Part shown: positions 28,162 through 38,029 of the stretch, in pieces
Layout of the letters: each line of letters starts with the position of its first letter
Position numbering within the stretch: the first letter of the stretch is position 1
Origin: a virus
Lineage: Duplodnaviria; Caudoviricetes
Direction: 5' to 3' (one strand)
DNA: 64,000 bases
Virus record (IMG/VR): IMGVR_UViG_2932385599_000003
Coordinates: 19,378 to 83,377 of that record
Translations under genes and position numbers: made by a program
The notes under the pieces: generated by a model
Databases searched by the model: none
Told to the model about the DNA's origin: nothing
The model's input: only the letters and a program-made list of their open reading frames with translations

Positions 28162-29789
28162 CCGACATCGGCCGTAAGCTCGCCCAGCTTGAGAGGCGGC
28201 TCGCCGCCGTCGAGCGGCAGTCCCGCCTCGGGTCCGCCAGCGTCGACAACACCGCCCTGGAGATCCGCGACCAGGCCGGGTCCCTGCGCGGCCTGATCGG
28301 GCAGCAGGCCGACGGCACCACCGCCGTCAACATCACCAACGGGCCCACCCCGCCCGCGCCGTCCACCCCGAGCGTCGCCCCGGCCCTCGGCGGTCTCGCC
28401 GTCACCTGGGACGGCACCTTCACCGACAGCACCCCGACGCCGCTGGACTGGGCCCGCGTCGAGGTCCACACCGGCGCCACCATCGACTTCACCCCGACCC
28501 CCGACACCCTCCAGGCCACCATCGAGACCCCGCAGGGCGCCGTCGCCTACGTCCCGACCAGCACACCGCTGTACGTGCTCCTGCTGGCCCGGAACACCTC
28601 CGGCACCGCCTCCGCACCCACCACGACCGTCGGCCCGTACGAGCCGCGCCCGGTCGCCGACGACATCGGCCCCGGCGGCATCACCACCACCCACATCGCC
28701 GACGACGCCATCACCACCCCCAAGATCCTCGCCAACGCCATCGTCACCGCGCACCTCGCCGCCGGCAGCGTCGACGCCACCGCCCTCAAGGCCGACGCGA
28801 TCACCGGCAAGACCATCACCGGCGGCACCGTCACCGGCAGCACCGTCCAGACCAGCGGCACCGGGCAGCGCCTCGTCCTCAACCCCAACGCCGCCGACCC
28901 CGGCGACCCCCTCAACACCGTCCCCGCCGTCGAACTCCACTCCGGCGCCGTCAGCCAGGTCACCCCCGGCTTCCTCTCCGCGAAGATCTCCGACGACACC
29001 CCGGCCCGCCCCTACGTGTCCCTGCGCTCCCCGGCCGTCGACACCGAAGGCCCCGGCGACACCGCCGACCTGCCCATCGACTCCGAGCTGCGCCTCTACT
29101 CCAGCCAGCCCGGCGTCCGCGGCGGCAGCTTCCTGCTGGACGCCAACCCCAACCCCTACGCCGACCAGTACGGCCTCTCCCGCGTCCGCGGCTACGTCGC
29201 CGACAGCACCACCGACACCAGCCTCCTCGAACTCAGCTGCTTCGACGCCGACAGCGCCCCCGGCGGCTCCGGAACCCTGGGGCCCGGCACCACCGTCGAG
29301 ATGACGGGCAGCCAGATCCGGCTGCGCGCCCAACGCTCCGGCGCCGACTTCTCCACCTACATCACCCCCGACGGCTTGACCGTGTCCGGCACCAACTGGA
29401 CGACGTACACCCCGACCGTCGCGGGCGGCGGCACCGCCACCTACACCACCCGCACCGGCTACTACTGGAAGCTCGGCAAGGTCGTCTTCGTCACCATCGA
29501 CATCACCGTCGGCGCGGCCGGCTCCGGCGCCAGCCTCGTCACCATCACCGCCCCCAGCAACATCGACCGCAGCGCCCGGCAGATCCTGCCCATCCAAGGC
29601 CGCGGCGTGTACCTGTCCGGGATGGCCGCCACCGGCAGCGCCCTGGCCATGGAGACCGGCTCCGGCGCCGTCATCGACCAGCTCGTCATGTCCAACGACT
29701 CCGCCACCAACCGCGACGGCGTCCTCACCGGCGCCAACCTCATCGGCGGCGCCCGCCTCACCATCACCGGCTGGTACCGCGAAGCCTGA
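28158..29789 (+). CDS. Tail fibre/receptor-binding protein
   Basis: N-terminal coiled coil, FN3-like segment, AITT repeats, C-terminal WTTYTP...G.Y...G domain. Confidence 0.7.
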   Translation: MTDIGRKLAQLERRLAAVERQSRLGSASVDNTALEIRDQAGSLRGLIGQQADGTTAVNITNGPTPPAPSTPSVAPALGGLAVTWDGTFTDSTPTPLDWARVEVHTGATIDFTPTPDTLQATIETPQGAVAYVPTSTPLYVLLLARNTSGTASAPTTTVGPYEPRPVADDIGPGGITTTHIADDAITTPKILANAIVTAHLAAGSVDATALKADAITGKTITGGTVTGSTVQTSGTGQRLVLNPNAADPGDPLNTVPAVELHSGAVSQVTPGFLSAKISDDTPARPYVSLRSPAVDTEGPGDTADLPIDSELRLYSSQPGVRGGSFLLDANPNPYADQYGLSRVRGYVADSTTDTSLLELSCFDADSAPGGSGTLGPGTTVEMTGSQIRLRAQRSGADFSTYITPDGLTVSGTNWTTYTPTVAGGGTATYTTRTGYYWKLGKVVFVTIDITVGAAGSGASLVTITAPSNIDRSARQILPIQGRGVYLSGMAATGSALAMETGSGAVIDQLVMSNDSATNRDGVLTGANLIGGARLTITGWYREA

Positions 29790-29800
29790 CCAGCACCACC

Positions 29801-29834
29801 AGGGGCGGGAGCAGGGCAGTACGCTCCCGCCCCT
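29801..29834 (+). terminator. Hairpin after the tail fibre gene
   Basis: AGGGGCGGGAGC...GCTCCCGCCCCT. Confidence 0.65.
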
Positions 29835-29966
29835 CCGCATACGCTGGGCCCACGGCGACCCTCCGCCACCGCTCCACCCCCGAGGGACTGCACGCCCAGC
29901 CCCCTGGCCGCGCGCAGCACACCAGCCACCAGCTCTGGGCGCGGGGAGATCCAGGAGCTCGGGCGG

Positions 29967-30788
29967 ATGCCCACCCACCCCACCATCGACGCGTACGCGT
30001 ACCCGGTCCAGCCGTCCCTCGGCCGCCACCACGTCCTGGACGGACGCAGCCTCGCCTACCGGCGCCCCTACGACGGCCACCGGCTGCGCACCGCCGCGTG
30101 GGAACCGCGCATCCCCGTCCTCGACCAGCGCAACCTGATCGCCCAGGGCATCCACACCAGCACGATGGGCCTGGACACCGACATCGACGCGCTCGCCTCG
30201 TGCACCGGCAACGCCGCCACGACCCTGCTGTCCGTCATCGCGCCGGACCGCGCCACCGCCGACGGCCTCGACCTCGCCGACACCGCGGCCGCCCAGCGGT
30301 ACGCGATCAGCCTGTACGCCGACGCCACCCGGCAAGACCGCTGGCACACTTCCTGCTGGCCCACCGACGACTGCGGCTCCTCCGGCCTCGGCGCCGCCAA
30401 GGCCTTGCGCGCACGCGGCCTGATCGACCAGTACGGGCACGCCACCACCGCCGAGGAACTCTGCGCCCTCCTGCAGACCGGTCCCGTCCTCCTCGGCATG
30501 CCCTGGTACGCCGCGTTCTCCGAGCCGGACGGCGACGGCTTCATCGACAACGTCGCCTGGTCCGCGTCCCCCCTCGAAGGCGGCCACGAGGTGTGCGTCA
30601 CCGCCCTCGAACGCGTCCCGAACTGGGACGGGACCGTCGACTACGACCACACCATCCTCCGCTTCCGGAACTCCTGGGGCCCCTCCTGGGGCGACCACGG
30701 CGACGCCCGGATGCGCCTGTCCACCTACCTCGCCCTGCGCGACCACTGCGACGTCATCCAGCCCCGACTCGACGGAGTGACCCCGTGA
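29967..30788 (+). CDS. Papain-like (C1-type) cysteine peptidase
   Basis: LDQ...SCTGNA, GGHEV and RNSWGPSWG catalytic motifs. Confidence 0.8.
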   Translation: MPTHPTIDAYAYPVQPSLGRHHVLDGRSLAYRRPYDGHRLRTAAWEPRIPVLDQRNLIAQGIHTSTMGLDTDIDALASCTGNAATTLLSVIAPDRATADGLDLADTAAAQRYAISLYADATRQDRWHTSCWPTDDCGSSGLGAAKALRARGLIDQYGHATTAEELCALLQTGPVLLGMPWYAAFSEPDGDGFIDNVAWSASPLEGGHEVCVTALERVPNWDGTVDYDHTILRFRNSWGPSWGDHGDARMRLSTYLALRDHCDVIQPRLDGVTP

Positions 30789-32158
30789 CCACCAGCACCG
30801 GCGCCTACCACGTGGCGGTCGACCACCTCGACCCCGACACCCTCACCCCCACCACCACCTACCTGGGCACCTGCGACCAGGCCCACGTCGACGAGGTCCG
30901 CGCCATCGCCGCCCTCGACACCAGCCCCCACCACCTCCTCGACCACCCCCGCCAGCCGGGCGCGTTCCTCGTGCTCCGTGCGGACGGCGACCTCGACGTG
31001 TACGTCCCGGTCGACGCGCCCGACTACACCGTCCGCACCCCCGACCCGGACCCGCAGGACCCGGCCGCGGGCGGCAGCATCGACACCCCGGCGCCGGGCG
31101 CGGCGGATCGGCCCGTCGAGCCGGACCGGCCGCGCGGCGCCGCCGGGCCCGCCTACATCGCCGGCGCCGTCCGCTTCGGCGCGCAGCGCATCGGCGGCGC
31201 CATGGACACCCCCACCGCCCCGCCCCGCGCCGTCTGGCACACCACCGAGTCCCCGGCCGGCAGCGCCTACTTCTACTCCATCGCCGCCTACCTCATACGG
31301 GTCGGCGCCGAACCCCAGGTCATCTACGACCCCGAGTCGGACCGGCTCGGCCAGTTCGGGCCGCTCACCTCCTCCGGCCGCGCCCTGCGCAACGACGGCG
31401 CCCGCCGCACCAACCGCGAAGGCCGAGTGTGCATCCAGGTCGAGGTCCTCGGCCGCGCCCGCTCCCCGTGGACGAACGGCTTCGACCCGGCGGCGAAGCC
31501 GAACTACCGCAAGCTGATCGCCGCGATGCGCGCCCACGGCATCCCCGACACCTGGCCAGCCGGGCCGCCGCCGGCGACCGCCGCCGCCGCGACCCGCCGC
31601 GACCGCACCACCTGGCAGACCAAGGGCGGCCACTACGGGCACTCCCAGGTCCCCGGCAACGACCACTGGGACCCCGGCGCCATCGACACCAGCCTCGTGC
31701 CCGGACCGCGCCCCGGCACCGGCGACGACACCCCCGCCGCCGGCAGCGGCGTGTACGTGGTGAAGAAGGGCGACACCCTCTCCGCCATCGCCGTCCGCCA
31801 CAGCACCACCACCGCGGCCCTGGCCAAGCTCAACGACATCAAGGACCCCGACCGCATCCGCGCCGGGCAGCGGCTCCGCCTCCCCGGAGTCGCTGCGGCC
31901 AAGCCGCAGTACGAGCCGTTCCCCGGCGCCGCGTTCTTCCACACCGGCCGACGCAGCCCCCTCGTCACCGCGATGGGCCGCCGCCTGGTCGCCGAGGGCT
32001 GCGGCCGCTACAACCACGGCCCCGGCCCGCAGTGGACCAACGCCGACCGCGCCTCCTACGCCGCGTGGCAGCGCAAGCTCGGCTACTCCGGCACGGACGC
32101 GGACGGCATCCCCGGCAAGGCGTCCTGGGACGCCCTCAAGGTCCCCAAGCAGCTCTGA
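30785..32158 (+). CDS. Endolysin: N-terminal extension, amidase, LysM and peptidoglycan-binding domain
   Basis: VWHTTE...GHSQVPGNDHWDPG; YVVKKGDTLSAIA; WQRKLGYSGTDADGIPG. Confidence 0.88.
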   Translation: MTTSTGAYHVAVDHLDPDTLTPTTTYLGTCDQAHVDEVRAIAALDTSPHHLLDHPRQPGAFLVLRADGDLDVYVPVDAPDYTVRTPDPDPQDPAAGGSIDTPAPGAADRPVEPDRPRGAAGPAYIAGAVRFGAQRIGGAMDTPTAPPRAVWHTTESPAGSAYFYSIAAYLIRVGAEPQVIYDPESDRLGQFGPLTSSGRALRNDGARRTNREGRVCIQVEVLGRARSPWTNGFDPAAKPNYRKLIAAMRAHGIPDTWPAGPPPATAAAATRRDRTTWQTKGGHYGHSQVPGNDHWDPGAIDTSLVPGPRPGTGDDTPAAGSGVYVVKKGDTLSAIAVRHSTTTAALAKLNDIKDPDRIRAGQRLRLPGVAAAKPQYEPFPGAAFFHTGRRSPLVTAMGRRLVAEGCGRYNHGPGPQWTNADRASYAAWQRKLGYSGTDADGIPGKASWDALKVPKQL

Positions 32159-32189
32159 CCCCCTGGTACCGCCCACCCCTCTCACCCCT

Positions 32190-32561
32190 ATGGAGACACC
32201 TGTGTCCACCCCGAAGTTCCTCGGCCGCGAACCCGCCGCCTGGCTCGCCCTGGTCGCCGTCCTCGTCAAGCTCGCCGCCGCGTTCGGCTGGGACGCCAGC
32301 CCCGCCGTGCAGGCCGCCGTCAACGGCTTCGCCGCCGCGGGCATGGGCGTCCTCATCGCCGTCGTCGCCAAGGACGGGCTCGGCGCAGCCCTCGTCGGCT
32401 TCGCCCAGGGCGCCCTCGCCCTCGCGCTCGGCCTCGGCCTCGACTGGTCCAGCGAGCGACAGGCCGTCGTCATGGCCTTCGTGACCGTCGCCGTCGGCAT
32501 GTGGGACCGCACCCAGGTCACCGCCCCCGTCCCGCCCACCCGCCCGCTCACCACCACCTGA
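32190..32561 (+). CDS. Holin-like membrane protein
   Basis: Several TM helices, GREPA motif, directly after the endolysin. Confidence 0.75.
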   Translation: METPVSTPKFLGREPAAWLALVAVLVKLAAAFGWDASPAVQAAVNGFAAAGMGVLIAVVAKDGLGAALVGFAQGALALALGLGLDWSSERQAVVMAFVTVAVGMWDRTQVTAPVPPTRPLTTT

Positions 32562-32598
32562 CCATCCGCACTACGCCACCCCCCACCTGGAGCACGCC

Positions 32599-32892
32599 GT
32601 GACGGACGACCCGACCCCCGGAGAGATGGTCCGACGCCTGGAAGACCGCCTCACCGACGTCCGCGACGACATCCAGCAACTCGAGCGGCGCCTCGACGGC
32701 AAGGTCGACCAGCGCATCTACGACCTCCGCCACGAAGCGCTGGCCTCTCGGGTGTCGACGCTGGAGACGCACCGGGAGAAGGACACCGAGAAGCTCGTCG
32801 CGACCCGACGCTGGCTGATCGGCGCGGTGATCGTGCCGCTGGTCGGGATCCTCCTCCCGGTCATCATCCTGCTGAGCAGGGGGACATCATGA
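32599..32892 (+). CDS. Coiled-coil protein with C-terminal TM helix
   Basis: Lysis-cassette position. Confidence 0.7.
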   Translation: MTDDPTPGEMVRRLEDRLTDVRDDIQQLERRLDGKVDQRIYDLRHEALASRVSTLETHREKDTEKLVATRRWLIGAVIVPLVGILLPVIILLSRGTS

Positions 32893-33575
32893 GGTCGACG
32901 ATCCGAGCCGAGGAGCGGCGCTGGCGACGAGGGGACGTCCTGGCCATCGCCGCGGCGCTCGCCCTCGGGACCGCGTTCGCGTGGATCATCCTGTCGGTGC
33001 AGGCGCTCCGCGAAGACCTGCACACGGCGAACGCCGCCCGCGACGCTCTCGCCGAGCAGGTCCTGCAGCTGGGGGAGAAGCCGGTGGCGGGGGAACCCGG
33101 CGACCGGGGCGCCCCCGGCCGGACCGTCGTCGGCCCGGCCGGAGCACAGGGTCCTCCCGGCCCAGTCGGCCCGCCGGGCCTGCCGGGCGCCTCCATCACG
33201 GGCCCGCCCGGCCCGGTCGGCCCGTCCTCGACCGTGCCGGGCCCGGCCGGGCAGGACGCCGTGGGCGAGGCCGGCCCGCCCGGCCCCGCCGGGTCCCCCG
33301 GCCCGGCGGGACCTCCAGGGCCGGCCGGACAGGACGGCACCGACGGCACCGACGGCCAGGCCGGGGCGGACGGCCGCGACGGGCAACCCCCCACGGGCTG
33401 GACCTACACCGACCCCCAGGGCACCACCTACACCTGCACCCGCGCGCCCGACTTCGACCCGACAGCCCCCCGCTACACCTGCACCACAACCGCCCCGGCG
33501 CCCGGCCCCGGCCCGGCCCCCAGCCCCAGCGCACCCAACACCATCGCGCTCGCGCCTGAGCGCCGCCGTCTCTAG
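32889..33575 (+). CDS. Membrane-anchored collagen-like protein
   Basis: TM helix, coiled coil, G-x-y repeats, two Cys near the C-terminus. Confidence 0.75.
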   Translation: MRSTIRAEERRWRRGDVLAIAAALALGTAFAWIILSVQALREDLHTANAARDALAEQVLQLGEKPVAGEPGDRGAPGRTVVGPAGAQGPPGPVGPPGLPGASITGPPGPVGPSSTVPGPAGQDAVGEAGPPGPAGSPGPAGPPGPAGQDGTDGTDGQAGADGRDGQPPTGWTYTDPQGTTYTCTRAPDFDPTAPRYTCTTTAPAPGPGPAPSPSAPNTIALAPERRRL

Positions 33576-33584
33576 GAGCACGCC

Positions 33585-35594
33585 GTGCCGTTCCCCGAGG
33601 GCCTGCCGACCACCCTGCTCACCTACACCGCGGTGAACCCCGCCGGCGGCGGCCCGGCCACCGGCACCGTCGAGTTCGCGCCGACCGTCCCCGCCATCAC
33701 CCTCCCCGGCCACGAGACGGTGTTCACCGGCCGCGGCACCTACGCCTTCGACGCCCTCGGCCGGCTCGTCGACGGCGACCAGATCGGCGTACGGCTCCTG
33801 CCCAACGACGTGCCCGACGCCAACCCGACCACGTGGGCGTGGCTGGTGACCGTACGCGTCACCGGCGCGCCCGCCCGCTCCTTCTACATCCGCCTGTCCA
33901 CCAGCCAGCCCACCGTCGACCTGGCCGCCCTGGACCACGCCGACCCGGCCCGCGCCCAGTACGTCCTCGTGCCCGGCCCCCAGGGAGAACCCGGGCCCGC
34001 AGGCCCCGCCGGGGCTGACGGGGCGCCGGGGGAGCAGGGGCCCAAGGGCGACACCGGCGAGATGGGCCCGCAGCCGCCCCTCGGCGCGGCCGGCGCCGGC
34101 CCGACCATCGCCCTGCGCTCCGACGACCCCACCACCACCAACCCCCGGACCCCCCTGGCCCACGCCGGCTCCCACGCCCCGGGCGGCACCGACCCGCTCA
34201 CCGCAGCAGCGATCGGCGCCGAGACCCCCGACGGCGCGCAGGCCAAGGCCGACGCCGCCCAGCAGGCCGCCATCACCGCAGCGGCGGCGGACGCCACCAC
34301 CAAGGCCCAGGCCGCGCAGACCGCCGCCGTCCAAGCCGCAGCCACCGACACGACAAGCCAAGTCGCCTCCCACACCGCGGGCACCGACCCGCACAGCGAC
34401 CGCGCCTGGGCCCGCGCCCGCTTCCTGCCCACGGCCACCTCGCGCCGCCGTGACCTTCCCGACCCGGCCCTCGCCGACGGCCTCCACACCGGCACCGCAC
34501 CGACCATCACCACCACCCAGACCACCACCCCCACCAGCGGCTACATCAAGTACGCGCCGCCCGGAGTCGCCCTGACCGGCACCGACGTGACCGGCCCGTT
34601 CACCTACGCCGGCGCGGGCGGCTTCCAGATCGGCACCTCCGGGGCGAACCTCTCCTACGTCAAGCCGACGTCCCGCTACCCCAACACCTACGACTCCGGC
34701 CAGTCCGTGTGGGCCCTGGAGTTCTCCACCGACGCCGCCGTCTTCCAGCTGCGCTTCCAGCACCAGACCGCCGCGATGTACCGCCTGTCCATCGACGGCC
34801 GCAAGGCCACCGAACTGATGCAACCCGTCGGCGGCACCACGGCCGGCTCCGGGCACATGATGACCGTCGACCTCGGCAGCAGCGCCCCGCGCCGGATCCG
34901 TTTCGACTTCTCCACCGTCCCGTTCGGCGGCATCTACCTCCCCCCGTCGGCCACCATGTGGTCCTCCCCCCTGCAGGGAGGCCGCTTCATGGTCCTCGGC
35001 GACAGCATCAGCGACGGCTCCGCGCAGAACACCGGCGGCGGCGCCGGAACCTGGTTCGCGCGCGCCGCCCGGCTCCTCGGCGCGCCGGACGCCTGGGAGC
35101 AGGGCCGGGGCGGCACCGGCTACACCGCCGCCGGGTCCTTCGCCACGTTCGGAACGCGGGCCGCGGCCGACGTCATCGCCTGGGCCCCGACCCGGCTGGT
35201 CATCTGGGGCGGCTACAACGACAACACCGGCTCCCAGTCGGCCATCGCGACGGCCGCCGCCGACCTGTACGTGCAGATCCGGGCCGGGCTGCCGGACTGC
35301 GAGGTGTACGTGATCGGCTGCTGGGCCCCGACCGGCTCACCGGGCGCCTCCATCACGAACACCGACACCACGCTACGCACCGCGGCGGCCGCCGCCGGGT
35401 ACCCATTCATCTCCCCGGTGACGGGCTCGGTGTACGACGCGACGGGCGCCCTGGTCGTGACGCACGGGCCGTGGATCACCGCGGGGAACGCGGCCGCGTA
35501 CATCGGCGGCGACGGTGTCCATCCGACGGACGCCGGCCACGTGTACCTGTCGCGCCGGATCGTCGCCGCGGTCCGGGAGCTGATGCCTGCGTGA
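33585..35594 (+). CDS. Fibre-like protein with collagen repeat and SGNH/GDSL hydrolase
   Basis: LGDSIS, GGYND and DGVHP motifs. Confidence 0.8.
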   Translation: MPFPEGLPTTLLTYTAVNPAGGGPATGTVEFAPTVPAITLPGHETVFTGRGTYAFDALGRLVDGDQIGVRLLPNDVPDANPTTWAWLVTVRVTGAPARSFYIRLSTSQPTVDLAALDHADPARAQYVLVPGPQGEPGPAGPAGADGAPGEQGPKGDTGEMGPQPPLGAAGAGPTIALRSDDPTTTNPRTPLAHAGSHAPGGTDPLTAAAIGAETPDGAQAKADAAQQAAITAAAADATTKAQAAQTAAVQAAATDTTSQVASHTAGTDPHSDRAWARARFLPTATSRRRDLPDPALADGLHTGTAPTITTTQTTTPTSGYIKYAPPGVALTGTDVTGPFTYAGAGGFQIGTSGANLSYVKPTSRYPNTYDSGQSVWALEFSTDAAVFQLRFQHQTAAMYRLSIDGRKATELMQPVGGTTAGSGHMMTVDLGSSAPRRIRFDFSTVPFGGIYLPPSATMWSSPLQGGRFMVLGDSISDGSAQNTGGGAGTWFARAARLLGAPDAWEQGRGGTGYTAAGSFATFGTRAAADVIAWAPTRLVIWGGYNDNTGSQSAIATAAADLYVQIRAGLPDCEVYVIGCWAPTGSPGASITNTDTTLRTAAAAAGYPFISPVTGSVYDATGALVVTHGPWITAGNAAAYIGGDGVHPTDAGHVYLSRRIVAAVRELMPA

Positions 35595-35597
35595 CCG

Positions 35598-35642
35598 CCA
35601 CCCGTGTCCTATAGGAATGGGTCACAAATAAGGGATGCAAGC
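35598..35642 (+). repeat. 45-bp element, inverted partner of 46101-46145
   Basis: 38 of 45 identical to the reverse complement of 46101-46145. Confidence 0.8.
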
Positions 35643-35826
35643 AGACCTGATCAGTCACTTCCTGCATGAGGCGAGCGGCTGATCTGGCACGCGTGCGTTG
35701 CCGCCGGGCTCCCGCCGCTGCAGGGACGCCGGAACTGCCAGGATCACCTGCGGCACTTCATGAGGGGCCGGATCCCGCAGCGCTGATGAGCAGCGGGGGC
35801 GGCCGGGCTACGGCGAAGAAAGTCCC

Positions 35827-36249
35827 TCACCAGTCCTGTGAGGGCTTGTCGGCGGCGTGCTTGAAGACCTCGACGAGGTGCTCGGGGATCTGGTAGCCGA
35901 GGACCTTGCCGAAGCCGGGACCCTGGGGGATGACGACGGTCTCCATCCCGGCGGGCCACCATCCACTGGCGACGCCGCGTTCGATGGCTCGCTTGATGGG
36001 GGCGATGTGTCCGCGCAGGCTGCTGTTCTCATCGTCACGGAGGTCGTTGGCACTGACGTAGCCGCCGTTGGCGGCGGCCTCCTTGATGATGCGGCGGGCG
36101 CGGGTGGGCAGGGCGAGGTAGAGGCGTTCGGCTCGTTCCTTGGTCCAGGTGGCGTCGATCTGTACGTGGGCGGCGTGTTCGGCGAGGAGTGCGAGGAGTC
36201 GGTCCTGGAACTCAGGCGTGGCCTGCTCGACAGTGACGGTGATCTTCAT
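35827..36249 (-). CDS. Hypothetical protein, possibly winged-helix DNA-binding
   Basis: Globular-looking 140 aa, divergent from the recombinase operon. Confidence 0.7.
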   Translation of the reverse strand: MKITVTVEQATPEFQDRLLALLAEHAAHVQIDATWTKERAERLYLALPTRARRIIKEAAANGGYVSANDLRDDENSSLRGHIAPIKRAIERGVASGWWPAGMETVVIPQGPGFGKVLGYQIPEHLVEVFKHAADKPSQDW

Positions 36250-36386
36250 GAGGGGCCCGTTTCAACTGACCTGGATAGAGGTGCTTCTGACGTGACGAAG
36301 GTAGCGCGCCACCACTCGTCTGTCTAGCGTCTATTCGCTTCTAGTAAACGAGTGAATGGGGTCCCGCGTGTCGGGGTCATGGGGCC

Positions 36387-36418
36387 TGGTTCACGATAAG
36401 CTCACATATCGTGAACCA
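36387..36418. other. lox-like recombination site (12-8-12)
   Basis: TGGTTCACGATA-AGCTCACA-TATCGTGAACCA: perfect arms, asymmetric 8-bp spacer, upstream of the Cre-like gene. Confidence 0.7.
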
Positions 36419-36442
36419 CTCTGCTTCTACGGAAGGTGTCTC

Positions 36443-36997
36443 GTGAGCGACTTCGACGCCCGTGCGGCAGCCATCTTCGGCGTCAGTGAAGGGGCGGTGC
36501 GGTGGCCCTACGACGTCAGCGGCATCGACCGCACCCTGCGCCACCGCGACCCTGAGGCGTTCCGATACGAACTGGCGGTGCTGACCACTAAGCGGTACAC
36601 CATCGTGGAATGGGCAGAGGTGCATGGTCTCAAGGCCAGCCGGGTCAAGTGCTGCCCCCTCTGGCTCACCCGAAAGACGTCCCGTCGTTGCCGCTTCGAC
36701 AGTCCCTGCCAGTGCCGAACGGACCCGGACCGATCCTGGCTCGATCACGACATCTACTGGCTCCGCAACGGCCATCCTGCAGTGATCACCTCAGCCCCCT
36801 ATGACATCAGCCCGCAGTCCGTTCAGCGTCTCAAGTGGTGGCACGCGACGCACCGGCACTTGAAGGTAGCCACGGGGGAAGGGTGGTACGGGCACGGAAC
36901 CTCACAGATCGTCATGTGGAGTACCACCCGCATCAAGTACGTGTCGCCGGCCAAGAACATCGACCAGCCCAGCACCTTCATGCGGAGCCATGACTGA
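36443..36997 (+). CDS. Hypothetical Cys/Trp-rich protein
   Basis: GGAAGG RBS; lower GC; overlaps the recombinase start. Confidence 0.6.
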   Translation: MSDFDARAAAIFGVSEGAVRWPYDVSGIDRTLRHRDPEAFRYELAVLTTKRYTIVEWAEVHGLKASRVKCCPLWLTRKTSRRCRFDSPCQCRTDPDRSWLDHDIYWLRNGHPAVITSAPYDISPQSVQRLKWWHATHRHLKVATGEGWYGHGTSQIVMWSTTRIKYVSPAKNIDQPSTFMRSHD

Positions 36998-38018
36998 TCG
37001 CCTCCCAGCAGTCCGGGGCCCCCTCCTGCCGGTGGAGTTCGACCACGATCTGCAGGCCCGCCTTGCCGCGCTCGACGCCGCGTCCGACACCCACGCCCAG
37101 GAGCAGCGGCCCGACAACACGACCCGCTCCTACGCCTCGGACTGGAAGACGTGGGCCGCGTTCTGCGCGCAGCTGCGGATCCCGCCGACGGCCGCGACGC
37201 CGGGCACGCTTCGGGCATTCGTCGACTTCCTGTGGAACCGGGAGAAGCGCGCGTACGCCACCGTCGACCGGAAGCTCGCCGGGGTGACTGTGACGCTGCG
37301 GCAGCGGTACGGCGTCGTCGTCGACCCGGAGGCGACGAAGGCCGCGCGCGAGCTGTTGAAGGACTACCGCCGCCAGGCCGCCGAGCGGGAGGAACCGGTG
37401 CGGGGCCGCGGGAAGGCGCCAGCCATGCGCGTGGACGCCCTGCGGCGGATCGTGGAGAAGTGCTCGGACGACATCTTCGGCGTCCGGGACCGGGCGATGC
37501 TGCTGCTGGGCTTCTCGATCGCGTCCCGCCGCGCGGAGCTGGCCGGGCTGCGCCTGCGGAACGTCGTCGAGGACCCGGACGGGAACGGGCTCGTGGTGGA
37601 CGTGGTGGTGTCGAAGACGGACCCGCGTACCGTGCCGGTCCCGTACGGGGCGAACCCGGCGACCTGCCCGGTGCGGGCCTGGAAGGCGTGGGTCGAGCTC
37701 TCGGGGATCAGCGACCCGGACCGGCACGCCTTCCGCCGGATCCACCACACCGGCACGGTGCAGCCGCAGGGGCTGACGCCTCAGCGGGTCGGGGACATCA
37801 TCACGGCGGCCGGCGCGCGGGCCCGAGTGCCCGTGCTGTTCACGGGGCACTCGGTACGCTCCGGCATGGCGACCGAGGCGCGGCGGGCGGGTAAGGACCC
37901 GAAGGCCATCGCGCAGATTACGGGGCACAAGCCGAACAGCAGTGTGCTGCATGGGTACATGCAGATCGTCGACCGGTGGGGCGAGGACGACAATGCCCTC
38001 GTGGGGATCGGGCTGTGA
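36990..38018 (+). CDS. Cre-like tyrosine recombinase (probable multimer resolvase)
   Basis: NTTRSYASDW; RDRAMLLLGF...RRAEL; SKTD; GHSVRSG; TGH...GY (R-K-H-R-H-Y all present). Confidence 0.9.
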   Translation: MTDRLPAVRGPLLPVEFDHDLQARLAALDAASDTHAQEQRPDNTTRSYASDWKTWAAFCAQLRIPPTAATPGTLRAFVDFLWNREKRAYATVDRKLAGVTVTLRQRYGVVVDPEATKAARELLKDYRRQAAEREEPVRGRGKAPAMRVDALRRIVEKCSDDIFGVRDRAMLLLGFSIASRRAELAGLRLRNVVEDPDGNGLVVDVVVSKTDPRTVPVPYGANPATCPVRAWKAWVELSGISDPDRHAFRRIHHTGTVQPQGLTPQRVGDIITAAGARARVPVLFTGHSVRSGMATEARRAGKDPKAIAQITGHKPNSSVLHGYMQIVDRWGEDDNALVGIGL

Positions 38019-38029
38019 GGATGGGCGGG

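Noticed and set aside
1089-34856. Many long minus-strand ORFs (for example 4381-7122, 21794-25348, 28137-30746)
   Set aside because: Antisense shadows of high-GC genes, with no motifs or RBS.
36313-36354. Imperfect inverted repeat CACTCGT...ACGAGTG as a second recombination site
   Set aside because: Arms are short and uneven; more likely a promoter or operator of the divergent genes.
36990-38018. Recombinase as a prophage integrase with attP/attL
   Set aside because: Cre-like, with no arm-binding domain, no tRNA or host junction visible, and ParABS/Rep point to a plasmid state.
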